The position numbers and the translations under genes are program-made. From the human T2T-CHM13v2.0 reference genome, Homo sapiens, in assembly GCF_009914755.1 (NCBI RefSeq), contig NC_060937.1: a stretch of 64,000 nt of DNA; one strand, 5' to 3'. Numbering within the stretch: position 1 is the first letter of the stretch; each line of letters opens with the position of its first letter. The notes beneath the pieces were generated by a model. That model saw only the letters and a list, made by a program, of their open reading frames with translations, searched no databases and was not told the origin of the DNA. This document shows positions 29,532 through 47,159 of this stretch, piece by piece.

Positions 29532-29850
<319 letters not shown>

Positions 29851-29878
29851 CAATTGAAATGTGCACAGTAAGAATTCA

Positions 29879-30269
<391 letters not shown>

Positions 30270-30313
30270 TTATTTTATTTAATATTTATTTAAAAGAATT
30301 CGCAATAAAAACA

Positions 30314-30747
30314 CATCTTCATTGGTTTAGCGTTGTTGTAAAGGAATACCAGGGATGGGTTATTTATAAATAAAAAAGGTTTATTTGGCTCATGATTGTG
30401 ATGTCGACAAAAGTTTGAGTTTGGGCATCATCTGGCAAGGGCCGCAGGCTGCTTCCACTCATGGCAGAAGGTGAACAGGCGCAGGTGTGTGCGGAGATTA
30501 CATGGAGAGGCAGGGAAAGAGAGGGAGAGAGAGGGAGGGAGAGGGAGCCAGTGCCAGGCTGTTTTTAGCAACCAACTCGCATGGGAACTAACAGAGCAAG
30601 AACTCACTCATTACCTTAAGGAGGGCGCCAAGCCATTCGTGAAGGACGCGCCCCCAGGACCCAAGCACCTCCCACCAGTTCCCACCTCCAACACTGGGGC
30701 TCAAGCTTCAACATGAGGTTTGGGGGACAAACAACCAAACTATAGCA
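30314..30747 (-). mobile_element. ERVL-MaLR solo LTR (MSTB-like)
   Basis: aggtttatttggctca, ctcatggcagaaggtgaa, cccacctccaacactgggg..tcaacatgag..ccaaactatagca. Confidence 0.88.
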
Positions 30748-31959
30748 AACACATTGAGAGCATGTCCAATAAGACGACTGAAGTTTGGGATAATGCTGCA
30801 CCTTGGTCTGGGTTCTTAGTGCAGACTCTAATACAAGTGAGGTTCTAAACTTCACACACCCTCTGTCCATCCATCCCATCGCTGGGATATTCACTAGGAT
30901 AAAATTGTGATTTATCATGAGCTTGAGCTAGAATAGCCAACACCTAGATTTCCTTAAATCTGTTTCTATTTCTTGCTCATTCCTCCTTTTCCATGCAAAT
31001 TCTTATTTGTAGTAAGTAGCGCCACTCTTTTCCAGACCCCAGGTGTAATTAACTGTAGCAAAATGTGGTAAAAGACCGTATTTGTGGCTCTGAATATTAA
31101 AATCCAAAGGTGACCAGAAAATAATTGTCAACAGTTCTGGGTGGTTGTGCCAGAAAAATGACTCTGGCTCAGGAGGTGACATTTTTCAGACAGTGGTAAG
31201 GGAGGCTCGGTGATCCATTTGGTTCTGATGTTTAGGATAGGAGAGTGATCCTGGAGACTACATAGGATTTGGTTTTTTTTTTTTTTTTTTTTTTTTAAAG
31301 TTCCATACCAAAATGTAGGCCTGTGGATGCTGATGGAACTCCAGGTCACACAGTGCCCAAAGTAGGCGTTTGTGTGCTTAGGTTACCACTGGGTCATAAA
31401 ACAGCCACGTGGCAACTCCAGCCTTGGCTCGGGAGTTTGGTATAAGAGGAAAGTTGGTGGCTTTGCATTGGGTGCATGTTCATGTTTCGCCTGGATCATA
31501 TCATTGTTCATCTTCCCCATTGAAGGCCCACCCCACAGGTAGTTTTTGCACTTTTTGATCTTGGCACCAGCAAAGCTGTTGCACGTGAGACACAAGCTTT
31601 AAGGTGGGAACCTGACGTAGGTCTTCAGTGGCCCAAATCAGGAAAGGAGTCGCTTCCCTGACCCGGGCACAGTTAAATAGATCCACAGCCCAGTGTGGAC
31701 AACTTACTCTAGTTGACAACATGTGGTGGAGAAAAGGCCAAGGTTTCCTGAACAGCATATCTCTTCTAGAAAGAGCAATACTTCCTAAAAGTGCTGAGGT
31801 TGCCACAGTTGAAAAGTTCAGAAAAATGAAATTCAAGTGTAAATTTGTATGAAAGAGAGGGAGAAGGGCTCTTCCAGGAACCATTCAGAAAATGATGAGA
31901 TAAATCACAGACTGAGAGAAAGTAGTTGCAGGACACATAATCTTCCAAGGACTTCTATC

Positions 31960-33170
<1,211 letters not shown>

Positions 33171-33510
33171 GACGGTTAACTCACACACAAAGAACTTCTT
33201 CAGAATTAGTCACCTGTGGACTACTCTGTCACGCATTGGCAGGTCTTCATGTGGCTGTCACAGAAATCGGTTCCAAGATTTAGCAACCACACAACCATAA
33301 TAACACTGAACAGGACTCATTTTTATTGGGTTTTGATATACTCATCTTGGAAGTCAGGAAGTTACTTTGAATTTTCAACAGATTCTGAATTTAACCTCAA
33401 AAATACTTTTAAGCGTAACTTTGTATTTTCCATGCAGTGGTGCTATGCCTTGGAGAAACTACTGATTTGGTGTCAGTTCCCCAGAAAAGAGCATTTTAAA
33501 AAGAGAAAGA

Positions 33511-33719
33511 CAGCCTGATCAACATAGTGAGACCCCATCTCTACAAAATATTTTTTTAAAATTAGCTGGGCATGGTAGTTCACGTCTATAATCTCAGCTA
33601 CCAGGGAGTCTGAGGCAGGAGAATCTTTTCATCCCAGGAATTTGAGGCTGCACTGAGCTACAACAGTGCCACTGCACTCCAGCCTAGCGACAGAGCAAGA
33701 CTGTCTCAAAAAAAAAAAA
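33511..33719 (+). mobile_element. 5'-truncated AluJ
   Basis: cagcctgatcaacatagtgagacccc..cccaggaatttgaggctgca..A tail. Confidence 0.88.
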
Positions 33720-34764
33720 TCAGTAAAAACAAAAGAAGAAAAATGTAAGGTATTGCATTACAGAGCTGTGCATGATCAACTTTTTGCTTCAGTTTACATA
33801 GCATTTTCTATTTGAAACAATGCTTTGAAAATATCTACAAATGCCAGGTTATCAGTCTGTCATAATTTTTTTTAAAAAAGAAAGAGCTAAGAACACTCAA
33901 TTCTCTTGATCATGATCCAGCCAAATCAGGCTCACACATATCCTGCCGTGTGTTCAACTTCCTTCTGTTCCTGCCCTTTCACCACCAAACAAGAAGGTAG
34001 TCAATCCAGAAAGGGTGTATCATGTTTTTTAGGAATCTCATCTTATTTTTTCACCAACCCTCACAAATCACTCCAAAGGTAAATATGACAGGGAATTACA
34101 GAAAGGTAGTTGTGAAAAGGTAAGTATGGCCAGGAAATTCCAAGGTGGCCTGAGAGACAACTGGGCTGTGGCTGTGACTCAGCTCCAGTTGCAGAAGTAC
34201 CTGTTTTACTCTGTGGAGGATGTGTCTGTGCTGTGTGAACAGTGCCATCCCCCTTCCCTTCTCTTCTAGGCACTACCCCCACCAGGAAGCCCATCAGACA
34301 ATGGCCCAAGCACATTCCGATGGACAAGTTTGAGGCTCAACAAATTCATTGTCAACAACTAGGAAGATGGAATAAAAATCAGATGTCCAAGTCTAGATTG
34401 GCGAGTTGAAATAAAAACAATCCTATTACACATCACCCAATGAAAAAAAATTACCCAAGCCATGGTCTACCCAGCATTTTTGTTCATTGTGCGAGGTGTT
34501 TGGCAAAGTGTACCAAGATTTTTAAAAATTCCTATCAATTTACCAACTACTTCCTCTTCTAGTAATTTATCCTAAGTAAATCAGTAGAGATTTACTTAGG
34601 TTCATGTACAAAATATCCTATGCAGAATATTGTCTATTGACAGTATCCCAACTATCCGACAATATGGATAATTGTAAAATAAATTATACCAATAAGATAA
34701 AATACTATTCATGCAAAACTAAATGTGTGGTCTTCCCCTCTGAACCTGTCCTCCCCAATGCATG

Positions 34765-34977
34765 GCAATAAAGTATAGTGCGTACACTGTAGTTCTGAAG
34801 TTAGACTGACTACACGCAAATCCTGGCTTTGGAACATTCTAACTGTGTGACACTGGACATTTACTTAACTTACCTAAGCCTCGGTTTTCTCTTGTGAAAA
34901 TAATAAGGCTACCAGAGAATTCAGTAAAATAATTAATGAAAAATGCTGACACATAATAAAGGCTCAATAAATGTTCC
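34765..34977 (+). mobile_element. MIR
   Basis: caaatcctggct..actgtgtgacactggacatttacttaac..aagcctcggttttctc..ctcaataaatgtt. Confidence 0.8.
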
Positions 34978-34991
34978 ATGGTGAACAGCTC

Positions 34992-35400
34992 TATGAAAAC
35001 CTATTTCCAAAGTCCAAAGAAGCTGAGGGGACAAAGAAAAAGGCTGACACATCCGATTTCTCAGTAAGAAATGTTTAACAGGGACTTGCAAACAGAAGCC
35101 CTGTCCCCAGAGGCTGTGGGATGAGTTGGTGGATTTCTGAGCCATTACCCTGCAGACCCAGAGCTTATGTACCACAGGTGAGGAATGTGTAAGACAGGCG
35201 AAGTGGACCCCTGAGAGACAGGTAAGAATTCTATTTGAATCTGCCTAAAGGCAGGATTTCTGATCAAGATCATTTTGACCTAAGAGCAGGATTTACAGTA
35301 ACAGTAAAGTAGAGATCTCAGAGGCATTCCCAGAACACAGGTTAATCGGAAGTCCACATAGCTGATTCGCATCCAAGATGGAGTAGCTTTAGCCTCCACA
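34992..35400 (-). mobile_element. ERV1-class solo LTR (MER93-like)
   Basis: Reverse complement begins tgtggaggctaaagctactccatcttggatg..gattaacc..gggaatgcctct; subfamily from memory. Confidence 0.6.
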
Positions 35401-35409
35401 GAGTTGCTG

Positions 35410-35575
35410 CTGGTAACTTTGGTTACACACAGAAATCACCTGGGATACTTTAAAAATACTGCTGCTTGGCTTCCATACCCAGAAATTCTGATGTAACTTG
35501 TCTGAGATGGAGACTCAGCATCCAGATCTGTCAAAGCTCCTCTAGTAGGTTCTGATTCTAGTCATGAGAGAGTCA
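35410..35575. mobile_element. MER5A-like hAT relic
   Basis: aatcacctggga..tttaaaaatactgctgcttgg..cccagaaattctgat..aaagctcc. Confidence 0.75.
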
Positions 35576-36489
35576 CTCACTTGTACTGAACATTAGTCCT
35601 GCTAACAGCAATTACAAACTCTTCTCAGAATATAATCAGCAACCGTTTGAAGACACAAGAAACCAACCCAAAGCAGGCACAAACCTCATCCTTGACAGAA
35701 AAGGAGCACATTAACCAGCTCCACATTTAACCGGCTTTCCCTGGAGGACGCTATCCAGCAAGGCAAAATAGGCAGTCAAGCAGGAAGTAGTGATGTTATT
35801 GGGCTAAACAGACACGGATTGAAGTTCAGAGCTGCCATCCCATCTGGAAATTGAACAGCAAAATCCCAGAAAGCAGGAAGAAAGAAGGAAACCACCAAAC
35901 TAGTGTAAAATTCCCCTAGGTCCTTGGCTGACTTATGAACTGTGCAGAGTACATGAGGAGACACCCAGGAGCCCAGCAGAAAGCAGCAACTTGGAAGCCA
36001 AAAAGCTGGATCTCAGCAGGTACCTAGTGCTTAGAGTTCTGGGTTCGAGTCCCACTTAGTTAGACAGGCTTTGACAAACACTACAGGCTCTCCCTGAAAA
36101 ACTAGCAGGACCACACCTTAGGAGTAAGAACCACATCCCAAGACTAAAGGCTATGACCCAGGATCATGACAAACCCAAAGAACAAACCCTAAATCCAAGC
36201 TTTCACAAGAGCTACAGAACCTGCCAGCAATGTAAGTGCCTGCCGGAACAAAACAGCACATTGTAAAGGAAGGTAATGTAATTCAGTCTCCACAACAAAT
36301 CCACGGTTCCCAAAACAATAATAACTTTCTAAAAAGACACTAGACAAGCACAAAAACAGAAAATGTGACCCATAATCAGGATAAAAGAAACAGACCTGTA
36401 GATCACCTAGATGTTGAATTTAGCAGACGAGCAATTTAAAGCAGCTATTATAAATATGTCAGCAGCTATTTATTATAAATATGTCAGGT

Positions 36490-36792
<303 letters not shown>

Positions 36793-37930
36793 GTAAGGGG
36801 GGTTACAAAGAAGAGTGAAAAGAAGGGCAAAGACAGAGAATCTTAGCAGAGAAATAGAAACATTAAAAAGGAAACAGATGGAAATTCTAGAAATGAAAAA
36901 TATGGCTTCACTAGAGACTCCACACAGCAGAAGAAAGGATTATGAACTTGAACACAGGCCAGTACAAGTTATCCACTTTCCAAAGCACAAAAGGAAAAAG
37001 AAATTTCAAAAAACTGAACAGCAACATCTGAGTCCTGTGGGACAATAGCAAATGGTTGTCTCATATATTAATATATGCAATTGGAGGCCCAGAAGGAGAG
37101 GACAGAGGGAGTGGAGTAAAAGAAATATTTAATGAGACAATGGCCATCTTTCTTTCCAAAATTGACATAAGAACCCACAGATTCAAGAAGCTCAGCAACC
37201 ACTGAGTATGATAAATAAAAAGAACACATCATAGCCAAACTTTTGAAAAATATAAAAAAGGAAAAACATCTCTAAAAAGGAAAAAAAAAAAACTGGCCAG
37301 GAAAAAGACACATTACATTCAAGGGAATGACAAAAATAGTGATGCCTGACATCTCAACAGAAGGAACAGAAGCTAAACAACAACTGAAAAACATCTTTAA
37401 AGTGTGGAAAAAGAAAAGAATCTAGAATTCTATGCAGAGAAATAATATTCTTTGAAAATGTAGGCAAAATAACTGAGACAAACAAAACTGAGAGAATTAA
37501 TTGCTCATAAATCCTCAGGACACACGATGCTAGAGAAAATTATTCAGGCTGGGGGGAAATTATCCCACAAGTAAATCTAAATCCATAAGAAAGACTGAAG
37601 ATCACACAAATGGTAAGTCTACGGGTTTTATTAAAGGCTATTTTTCTCAAATTCTTTAAAAGTATATGATCTTTAAAATGCAAAATAATACAATAAAATG
37701 TGTTTGTTGTATGATTTATACATAAGTAGAAGTAAAATGTGTGATAACAATAGCATAAAAGGCTAGAGTGGGAGATGGAATTATAAAGTTCAAGGTTCTT
37801 ACATTATATGTGAAGGGGCATAATGCCATTTTAAGTTCATGATAACTTGAGGATGTATAGTCCAATCTCTACAGCAACCACTAAAATAGGTTAAGCAAAG
37901 AGATCGAAAGCCAGTCAAGGAGCTAGAATA

Positions 37931-38378
37931 TGTGAACGTTGTCAGAATAAATATGAAGTCACTAATGTTGAGAGAACCATGACAAGCAGAGCCAGGGAGG
38001 CCATGAAGACAGGGTTCTCATGCTTGTAGGTCTGATGACGAAAACTATCACAAAAGACTGCAAAACCGTACAAAAGCCATCACAACCTTACAGAAAAGAA
38101 AATACTTCTACAGGAACATCTGCCCAGCTATTGCCTGTCCAACCTCAGACTGGCATCAACCTCGTTATTGATCTTTGTAACCAAGACAATTAATTTTTAT
38201 TAATTTTGTAAATCAAGACAATTAATTATATAATCCTCCTCATATTTCCTTTAAAAACCTTGTCTTCCTTTACCTCCCTAAATATGCATATAATTTACTA
38301 TGACAGTCCCATTGCAACACTTTATTCCAAATAAATATTTGTTCTTTAGAGAGTGTCTCTCTGTTATTTACGTCGACA
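37931..38378 (+). mobile_element. ERV1-class solo LTR (MER39/MER34 family-like) inserted in L1
   Basis: TG..CA termini, ggccatgaagacagggttctcatgc, acatctgcccagc..tgcctgtccaacc, ends ttatttacgtcgaca; near-TSD aata/gata. Confidence 0.75.
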
Positions 38379-39007
38379 GATACTATAAATTACTTGAATA
38401 AACTAAAAGAAGATGGGAAAGGAAGAACAAACAAGACAAATAGAGAACAAGTAGAAGGTAGATTAAATTCAACCCACCGCTAATTATACTAGTTGAAAAT
38501 GAATTGAACTTCTGTTTCCACTATGATGAAATAACTTTTCCAACTGGCCCTTTTGGCCTGAACAATGAGAAGACTGGACAAATCATTTAACAACTGTTTT
38601 TACACATTGAATGAGAGGCAGCAAAGACTGTGACCTCCAAGGGAAAAGAGACAAACAAGGTTGACGCCGCTTTCTGTCTGGAAATACATTTGGCAGAGTG
38701 GTGCAGGAAGGGGTCCTCAGGAAGAGTGTGGTGGTCTTGCTAACTGGGAAGACAGAGATTGGGGTTCCAGGAGGGTGGGGCAGCTGTAAGTTGCAGGGCG
38801 GCATGTCAGAGATGGGGGAGGTCACTCAGAGAAAAGCCCTGGACATTGGCACACAGGGAACCTTGAGTACTGGGCTGAACTCTACACTGGATGTGTATAG
38901 GGTGACGCTCCACGGGGTAGACAGAGAGGAAAGACCAGAGAAAGAACCAACAGGGAACTGTCCTCTGAACAGTTCTCAGACCTCATGTGGGCTGGCCGGG
39001 ACAGTCA

Positions 39008-39378
<371 letters not shown>

Positions 39379-40749
39379 TATGCCATTCACCATAGGAAAC
39401 TAAAAAAAGAAAAACAGGTTAAACCCAGAGTAAGTGAAAGAAAAGAAAAAAATAGAACTCAGACTGGTAATCAAAAACATTTAAAAAAATAGAAAAACTA
39501 TAGGAAAAAAATCAGTGAAACCAAAAGCTGGTTATTTAATAAAAATGATGAACCTTTAGCCAAAATGAGGCAGAAAAAAAGAGCCAAGATACAAATTATA
39601 ATAGCAGGAATTAGAGAGATGATATTACTATGGATTCTATAGCTTTTTCTAGAATTAATTAGGGAATATATTTATTCATGCCAATAAATTAGATAACTTA
39701 ATTGAAATAGATAATTCCCTTGAAAGATGCAAACTATCAAAGCAAACTAGAGAAGAAATAAGTAATGTGAATAGCCATTTTTCTACTAAAGAAATGAAAT
39801 TTTTTATTCAAAACATTTTCACAAGCAAAACCCCAGGCCTATGTGGTGTCGCTGGTGAATTCTACCAAACATTCAAGTAAAAAATACGACCAATCCTACC
39901 CCAACCCTTGCAGAACATTGAAGAGGGGCACTATTTCCCAAATCATTCTATGAGGCCAGCATTACCCTGACACCAAAAGTGACAAAGACATTACAAGAAA
40001 GAAAGCAAAACAACCATGCACCATTATCTCTCATGAACGTAAGTGCAATAATTCTTTTAAAAAGTTACAGCAAATCAAATTCAATAGTATGTAAAAGGAT
40101 AATACAGATGTAACCATAGATGCAGAAAAAGCATTTAACAAAATCCAACATCCATTCTTGATTAAACTCTTAGCACACTAGGAGTACAAACGAACTTTCA
40201 CAACCTGATAAAGGGCAACCACAAAAACCCTACAATGAATGTCATACTTCGTGGGGAAAGATGGGATGCTTTTCCCCTAAGATCAGGAACAAGACAAAGA
40301 TGATGGATAATGTATTTTTATGTTTGTGTGAATCTTCAAGAACATGTAAAATTAATCTATAGGGAAAAAAATCATAACAATGTTTGCATGCAGGTGAGAA
40401 CGTGGTATTCACTGGGAAGGGCCGCGTGGGAATCTTCAGGAGCGAAATGGAAATGTTCTATACAGAAATATATAGACATATTCTATATCTTGATTTGGCC
40501 TACAGTTAGAAAGCTGTATATATTTTTCAAAACTTATCCAACTGAACACTTACGATCTGTGTCTTTTAGTGTATATATGATACATCTCAATTTATAAAAA
40601 GAAAATAAAAGAGGAGTTAACATCTCTATCATGATGGACTATTTAGTTAGTTTAGACGAACTCAGAAATATGCAGCCCAACTCTGACTATACCTCTGATC
40701 AGTGGCAGAACAGAAATTTGAATCCACTACTCTCAGCAGACACCTGGAA

Positions 40750-41532
40750 GTCATCTCTGACATCTCCCTCTCCCCCAAGTCCACCACCAAGTCCTATTAA
40801 TTACTCCCCTAAGGACATTCTTGATCTTCACACTTCTCTCGTCCCCACCCCACCCTGCGTCCAAGCCACCATCTGCTGTCTCCTGGACCCTGCGCTGGAA
40901 TCTTTCCCAGGCTCCCTGCTTCCATCATCCTGGCTCAGCTCTCACCAATCTCTCTGGGCCCTGGTGGACAAAGTGAACGATGAAAGTGTAAGTCTGACCT
41001 TGGCCGACGGCTGTCCACCACATCCCACTGTCCTTAGGTTAAAGTCTCCACCCTTAGCCTGGCCACAACATCTTGCCTGTGTGCAATTTGTCTCCCCTTA
41101 GGTCTTGGGGGGCACCTCCTCCCTTCCCCACTCACTGTTGGGCTTTGTTTCATTCTCTGAACCAGCTCTACTCCCTCCCACCACAGCCATCACTAAACTG
41201 TTTCTTGTGCCTGGCCCCTTCCCCTTCCACCTCATCACACAGCTTACTTATTTGCAAGCTTTTTGCTCTTCGGGGAAGTCTTTCCTAAGTCCCCCAGATT
41301 AGGTGAGTCCCCCACTGTGTGCTGTCTCAGGCCCTGTCCTCGTCTGTCCCAGCACTTCTCCATTTGTCATTGTGTATTTGTTCCTATGATCACTTGATTG
41401 ATATCTGTTGCCAATCCTGCAGTGTGCGCTCCAGGAGGGCAGGAGTCATGTCCCTTTTCTTATCCTGCACACCCCAGCACACTGCCTGGCGCAAAGCAGG
41501 CCCTTAGTAAATACGTATTTGAATTAATGAAC
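40750..41532 (+). mobile_element. L2 3' region
   Basis: tccaagccaccatc..ctcctggac, gctccaggagggcagg, tgcctggc..agtaaatacgtatttgaattaatgaa. Confidence 0.75.
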
Positions 41533-43281
41533 ATGTAGTGAAGATCACAAATGCAGATGTGCAAAGAAAATGCAAAGTGCTTTGTCTGCAATGGAGCTGG
41601 GCTTCCTCACAAGACCCTCCGTGCTAGAAAACTGTGGGAGGAGTCATTTGGAGAGAGGCTTTTATTTTCCTCCCTCTGGTAATGAACCAGCCTCAACCCC
41701 GTAATTTATGCCATCTCTTTAGAGAATTCAGTCTCTGCTTGCATAGCTCAGGTGAGTGCATCCATCTGTTGATTCTTGCTCCTCTCTAAGTGTGCTGTGG
41801 GGCACGCAGTAGGGCCTGACACGCCCATGTCCCAGTGGGGAACGTGGCTCTGGGCTTGTGCTGTCCCAGGGTGTGGCTGGCCTGGTCTCCGGCCAGGGCA
41901 TCTGTGGCATCTCCTGCTGATGTCTGAGGTTGGCAAGCGGCAGCCTCCAGTTTATCCACTGGTTTGGAGCTCTCTCCCCACTACCAGGGCCCCTCTCAAG
42001 CTCTTTCTAGTGCCCACCTGCCTCTGAGTCTCTGCAGAGAAGCTCTAGACAAGAAGAGACATGCCACATTCACTTGCTGAATAAATAAATGATTGAATGA
42101 CTGAGTGAGAAAGACAAAGAATACGTTCAAATGTAACACTGGTCCAGAAAGAAAATAAAAATAAAAATTTTACATACTGCTTATTTTAGTTTCTAAAGGT
42201 AAAAATACACATGTATTTGTGTATATTATATACACACACAAAGACCAGAAAGAAACGTACCATTTAAACACTAGCTATTTGGGGTGGTGAGATTATAAGT
42301 GATTCTTTTTTCCTTTTCTCTTTCCCTTATACTTCTCATACTTGTATGAAAAAAATTTCCAAAGTTTCTATAATGAACATGTAGGACAGACTCAGAAAAA
42401 AACAATGAATGTCAGTATCAAACTTTATGCAATCAACAAATCCTGATTACCTGTAGACCATCGGCTCATACCTGAAAAGCATGGGGTGTGAGCCCCCCAA
42501 AGCCCTGTTCTCAGGCCCACAGGCCCACTCGTCCAGCCCAAGAGTGAAGTCGTCAGGGCCCATTTATCCTAAGTGCAAAGATCCCCTCACACAAATTGGA
42601 CCCCTGGATTCATCTGGAATCGATGGATACCCCAGATCTGTGCTGGGACTACGTAGCTGCTGTCGCTGGTGCCCGGTTGGGGTGTTTCAGAGTTGAAGGA
42701 CACTCCTCCCACCCCAGAGATATTTCTGTGTGAGTTCCTGCTGTAGGACCTGCCTGCTTGGAAGGGAGTCTGGCAGAGTTTAGTCTCAGAATTTGTTTCA
42801 TGACTTTGCCTCTCCAATGGCTTCAGGCCACCAGTGGCTTGAAAGTGAAGGTATAAGGTACCGTTCTTCTACACTGAGCAAGTTACCCAGTCTTGCAGAG
42901 CCTCAGCTTCCCCCTCCAAAACTGGGAATGATATGACTTACTCTGACAGGATGGGACAATTAGAGAAAAATGTATACAAAACATTCCACAGGTGCCCAGC
43001 AATAAATAGGTAATCAGTCCAGTCCACTCACTGGACATTTTAAAATAAAATGTTTTTATACACAAGTAATGCAGGAGTTGCATAATGATCATAATGATTG
43101 CTACAATCCATGCCAGTCACTGTGCTGAACGCCTGGAATCCACGCTTTCATCTGCTCTCACGCCATCCAAGACACATGTCCTATCAATGGCCCCGCTTTA
43201 CACATGAGGAAATGAGATGTAGAGGGGGTAATCATTTGTGAGTCGGCAGTCACGCAATGTAGTACATGGCAAAGAAGATAC

Positions 43282-43738
43282 TGTAGTGGATTAAGTAGTA
43301 GCCCCCCAGAATGGGATGTCTTTGTCTTAAGCCCCCAAACCTGTGCATGTGACCTTATTTGGAAAAATGATCTCCACAGATATAATTAAAGATCTCAAAA
43401 TGAGATCCTCCTGGGTTACCTGGTGGGCCCTGAGTCCAATGACAGGTGTCCTTATAAGAGTGAGGCATAGTAAGATCAGAGAGACGGGACACAGCCCCTG
43501 AGGTTAAGGCCACCTGAAGACACAGGCAGGGACTAGAGTGCTGCTGCCACAAGCCAAGGAACGGCTGGGGCCACCAGAACCTGGAAGAGGCAGGAGGGTT
43601 CTCCTTGGAGGGAGTGTGGCCCTGCTGACACCTTCATTTTGGACTCTGGCCTCCAAAAGTGTGAGAGAATACATTTCTATTGTTTTAAGTCACCCAGTTT
43701 TGCAGAATTTGTTATGGCAGCCCTAAGGAATGAATACA
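43282..43738 (+). mobile_element. MLT1C-like solo LTR, perfect 5-bp TSD GATAC, inserted in a MIR
   Basis: tgtagtgg..gtgaccttatttggaaa..caagccaagga..ttgttatggcagccct..aataca; gatac at 43277-43281 and 43739-43743. Confidence 0.9.
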
Positions 43739-45134
43739 GATACCAAAGTGGAGTTTGCCCCTACCACTCTCTCTGGCCCACCCCTCGTCTAACCCATTTA
43801 ATGCTCATTTAACGTGCTGTTTCCTGAAACACAAAGTTATTGGGAACCAGAGCATTCATTTTCCCATCCTTCATGGCCACGACACATCCAGTGTTATTTA
43901 TGCGTTTCTCCCTGGATGACCTAAATCTGGAGAGTAGCTGCCCTACCAAGCTCAGTGCCCACCAAACTTTCATTTGGTCGAGCGCCAGTTCCATGTAACT
44001 ATATAATACCTAGGACTGCGTAAACCACAGAACCTACCAGGAACACTTTCTCTGCCATAAAAGGCAAACAGTATCATCCGTGGAGATAATTTTCTCTGAG
44101 GCTTTGCCCACAAAGTCACTGTTCATCCCTACAGTCATGGTGCCTCAGTCCCCAAGAAAGCCGTGATCCTGAAAACTCATGAAGTACAGTGCTTGCCCGT
44201 TTTGAGCTACAATCGAACTCATCTTTCCGACTATTATCCTCCTGAAGTCGACAGCGTTTCCTTTTAAGTTAATCAATGTGTTGATGGGAATGGAAGTGTA
44301 GGGCCTGAATAAAACAAGGGCACAGGCAATTCTCAGGATAGGAACATGAAGTCCAAAAATCCTTATCCTTATGGTGATTTTAAAATATTCTGCAACATAA
44401 ACAAATCAACAAGAAGTAATCTTCGAACTAGCAACATTGGAACAAATTCTTGTGCAACCTCATTCAGTCTTTCCCTTTCTCACTCTTTTACTTACCAAGA
44501 CTTGATTTTAGGAATCTGAGCAAGAATGCTGCATCTACTGTAAAGAGATGCTGAATTCCTGAGAGCAATTCCTGAGAATTAGGCTGTGATGTTATCTGTT
44601 TGCAGCGAAGAATCCACTCACAGTAGCATAGGCCTTGGCTGATAGAAAGGAAAAGCCAATTTATGAGTTGTTCAGTTGTAAATGAAAGGCTATTTGGGAC
44701 TATTGAACACCGTTTGTGATGTTCTCAGCTCTTTGCTGTTTCCCTTCCCCTAGGATGCCTGGTTATTTGTAATGGAAACACACTTATATTTATTGTAAAA
44801 GTGAGGGAAATTCAGAAAATCGTAGAGGGAAAAAATAGTCTTTGAAGCCTAACAGATCGGTGTTCTGATCTCCTTTGCAAAACTGATAATGAAATTACCT
44901 CCTTTCAGGGTTATGATGTATATAAAGAGCCCCGTCATCAGGTGGGTCAGAAACATAGCAGATGCTCAATAAAATGGTAATTATTATTACTGAGGGGCAA
45001 GGAAATCAGAGGTTAGATCCAGCTTCACCATATGCTAGCTCTGTGATCCATATCTTCGTTCCACCTGTAAAGTGGGAATAGTAATTGTGAAGACAAATTA
45101 GATCTTAGATAACACCATAAAGCACTACACATCA

Positions 45135-45486
<352 letters not shown>

Positions 45487-46801
45487 CTATAACTTATAAT
45501 CTAATAATGGGGTGATCTTGGTTGTATTATGGTATAGAACAAGAAAAGAAGGTTTATCAACAAATAGAGTTCAGTTGCCATAGCAACTTAGATACTATTT
45601 TCAAAGTAATAACTTTAACGTTGAGATACATGTCTTCTATAGCATCTCAGTAGGTTTTCAATTGTAGATATACAGGAAAGGCAAGCAGTATTTTAGGATC
45701 AGAGCTATGCTGTGGTGGAACTAACACTCTGAAGCTAGAAAACCTAGTATGTATAGCTTTTGGTAATATGGTTTAAAGACCCTATTTGTATATTTTGAAA
45801 ACTGCAAATTTTCTTATAGAAATGTCAAACATAATAAAAATATTGTGGTTTTCAAATTGAAAACACCTCATTGCAAGCAAGCAAGTTTTTTCATTGTGTA
45901 TTGGGAAGGAGGAAAAGTGGTTCTATTGATCTAACTAGATAGGTAGGTAGATAGATACATGGATAGACAGGTATAGAGACAGGCATATATAGAGAGATCT
46001 GTATCTACCTATATATCTATACATAGAGAAATCTTTAATTATTGGTAAAACTGAATTAAATGTCACCCCATCTGCCTAAAGGATGTAAGTAGCTTCCCGA
46101 TGTGCACAGCAAGGGGTAGTTTATTCAGCTGCAGAGAATATCTGAGTGCAGTAAGCATTTTTTAAAGGACTGTTATTATTGTTCTCTTAAGCACAATAAT
46201 AACAGCAGCCCTATTACTTGGAAGGATGCCTAGTTCAGGTGGTTTGTCAGAAACAGTTTTCTCAAGTCCTCATATTATACAAGCACTGCTGGCTTAGCTT
46301 TCAAAAGTTAACTCATAACAAGTTGTAAGCTTTTCTTATGAACGGTATATTTTCTTACTTTGTTAAGACCATTTTCTTAGCATAATACATGGATACTAGT
46401 TTCCAGAGGGAAAAGAGCACGCAGAAAGAGGGGAAGGGAGGGTTCATGAGGATGTGTAAGGGGTGGACGGCACAGCAGAAGGGTGGGTCCTGATGGCCAA
46501 AAGCCCCGGACAGAGAGGGCGTCAGAGGGACGGGAGGTGAGGTCATGTTGAAATAGTGATGGGTAGTAAAGCTAGAGGCTGAATGAGGGGTGCATGCAGC
46601 TTGTTACATTATTATTTCTACCTTTGTGTATATTTGAAATTTTCCATAGTAAAAAGTGTTTTAAATGCCATAGACATACTCTTAATACTTTTTGTGTAAG
46701 ATACAAGCCACAAAGTTCATAAAACATAAATGCATATTTAGGATAATAAAAAACTAAAAGGCAAACACATCTGTGAAATTACCACCCAAGTCAAGTCATA
46801 G

Positions 46802-47158
<357 letters not shown>

Positions 47159-47159
47159 A

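Noticed and set aside
31273-31884. Poly-T followed by minus-strand ORFs, resembling a processed pseudogene
   Set aside because: No recognisable parent protein, TSD or poly(A) signal; parts resemble a decayed MaLR LTR. A BLASTX/Dfam search would settle it.
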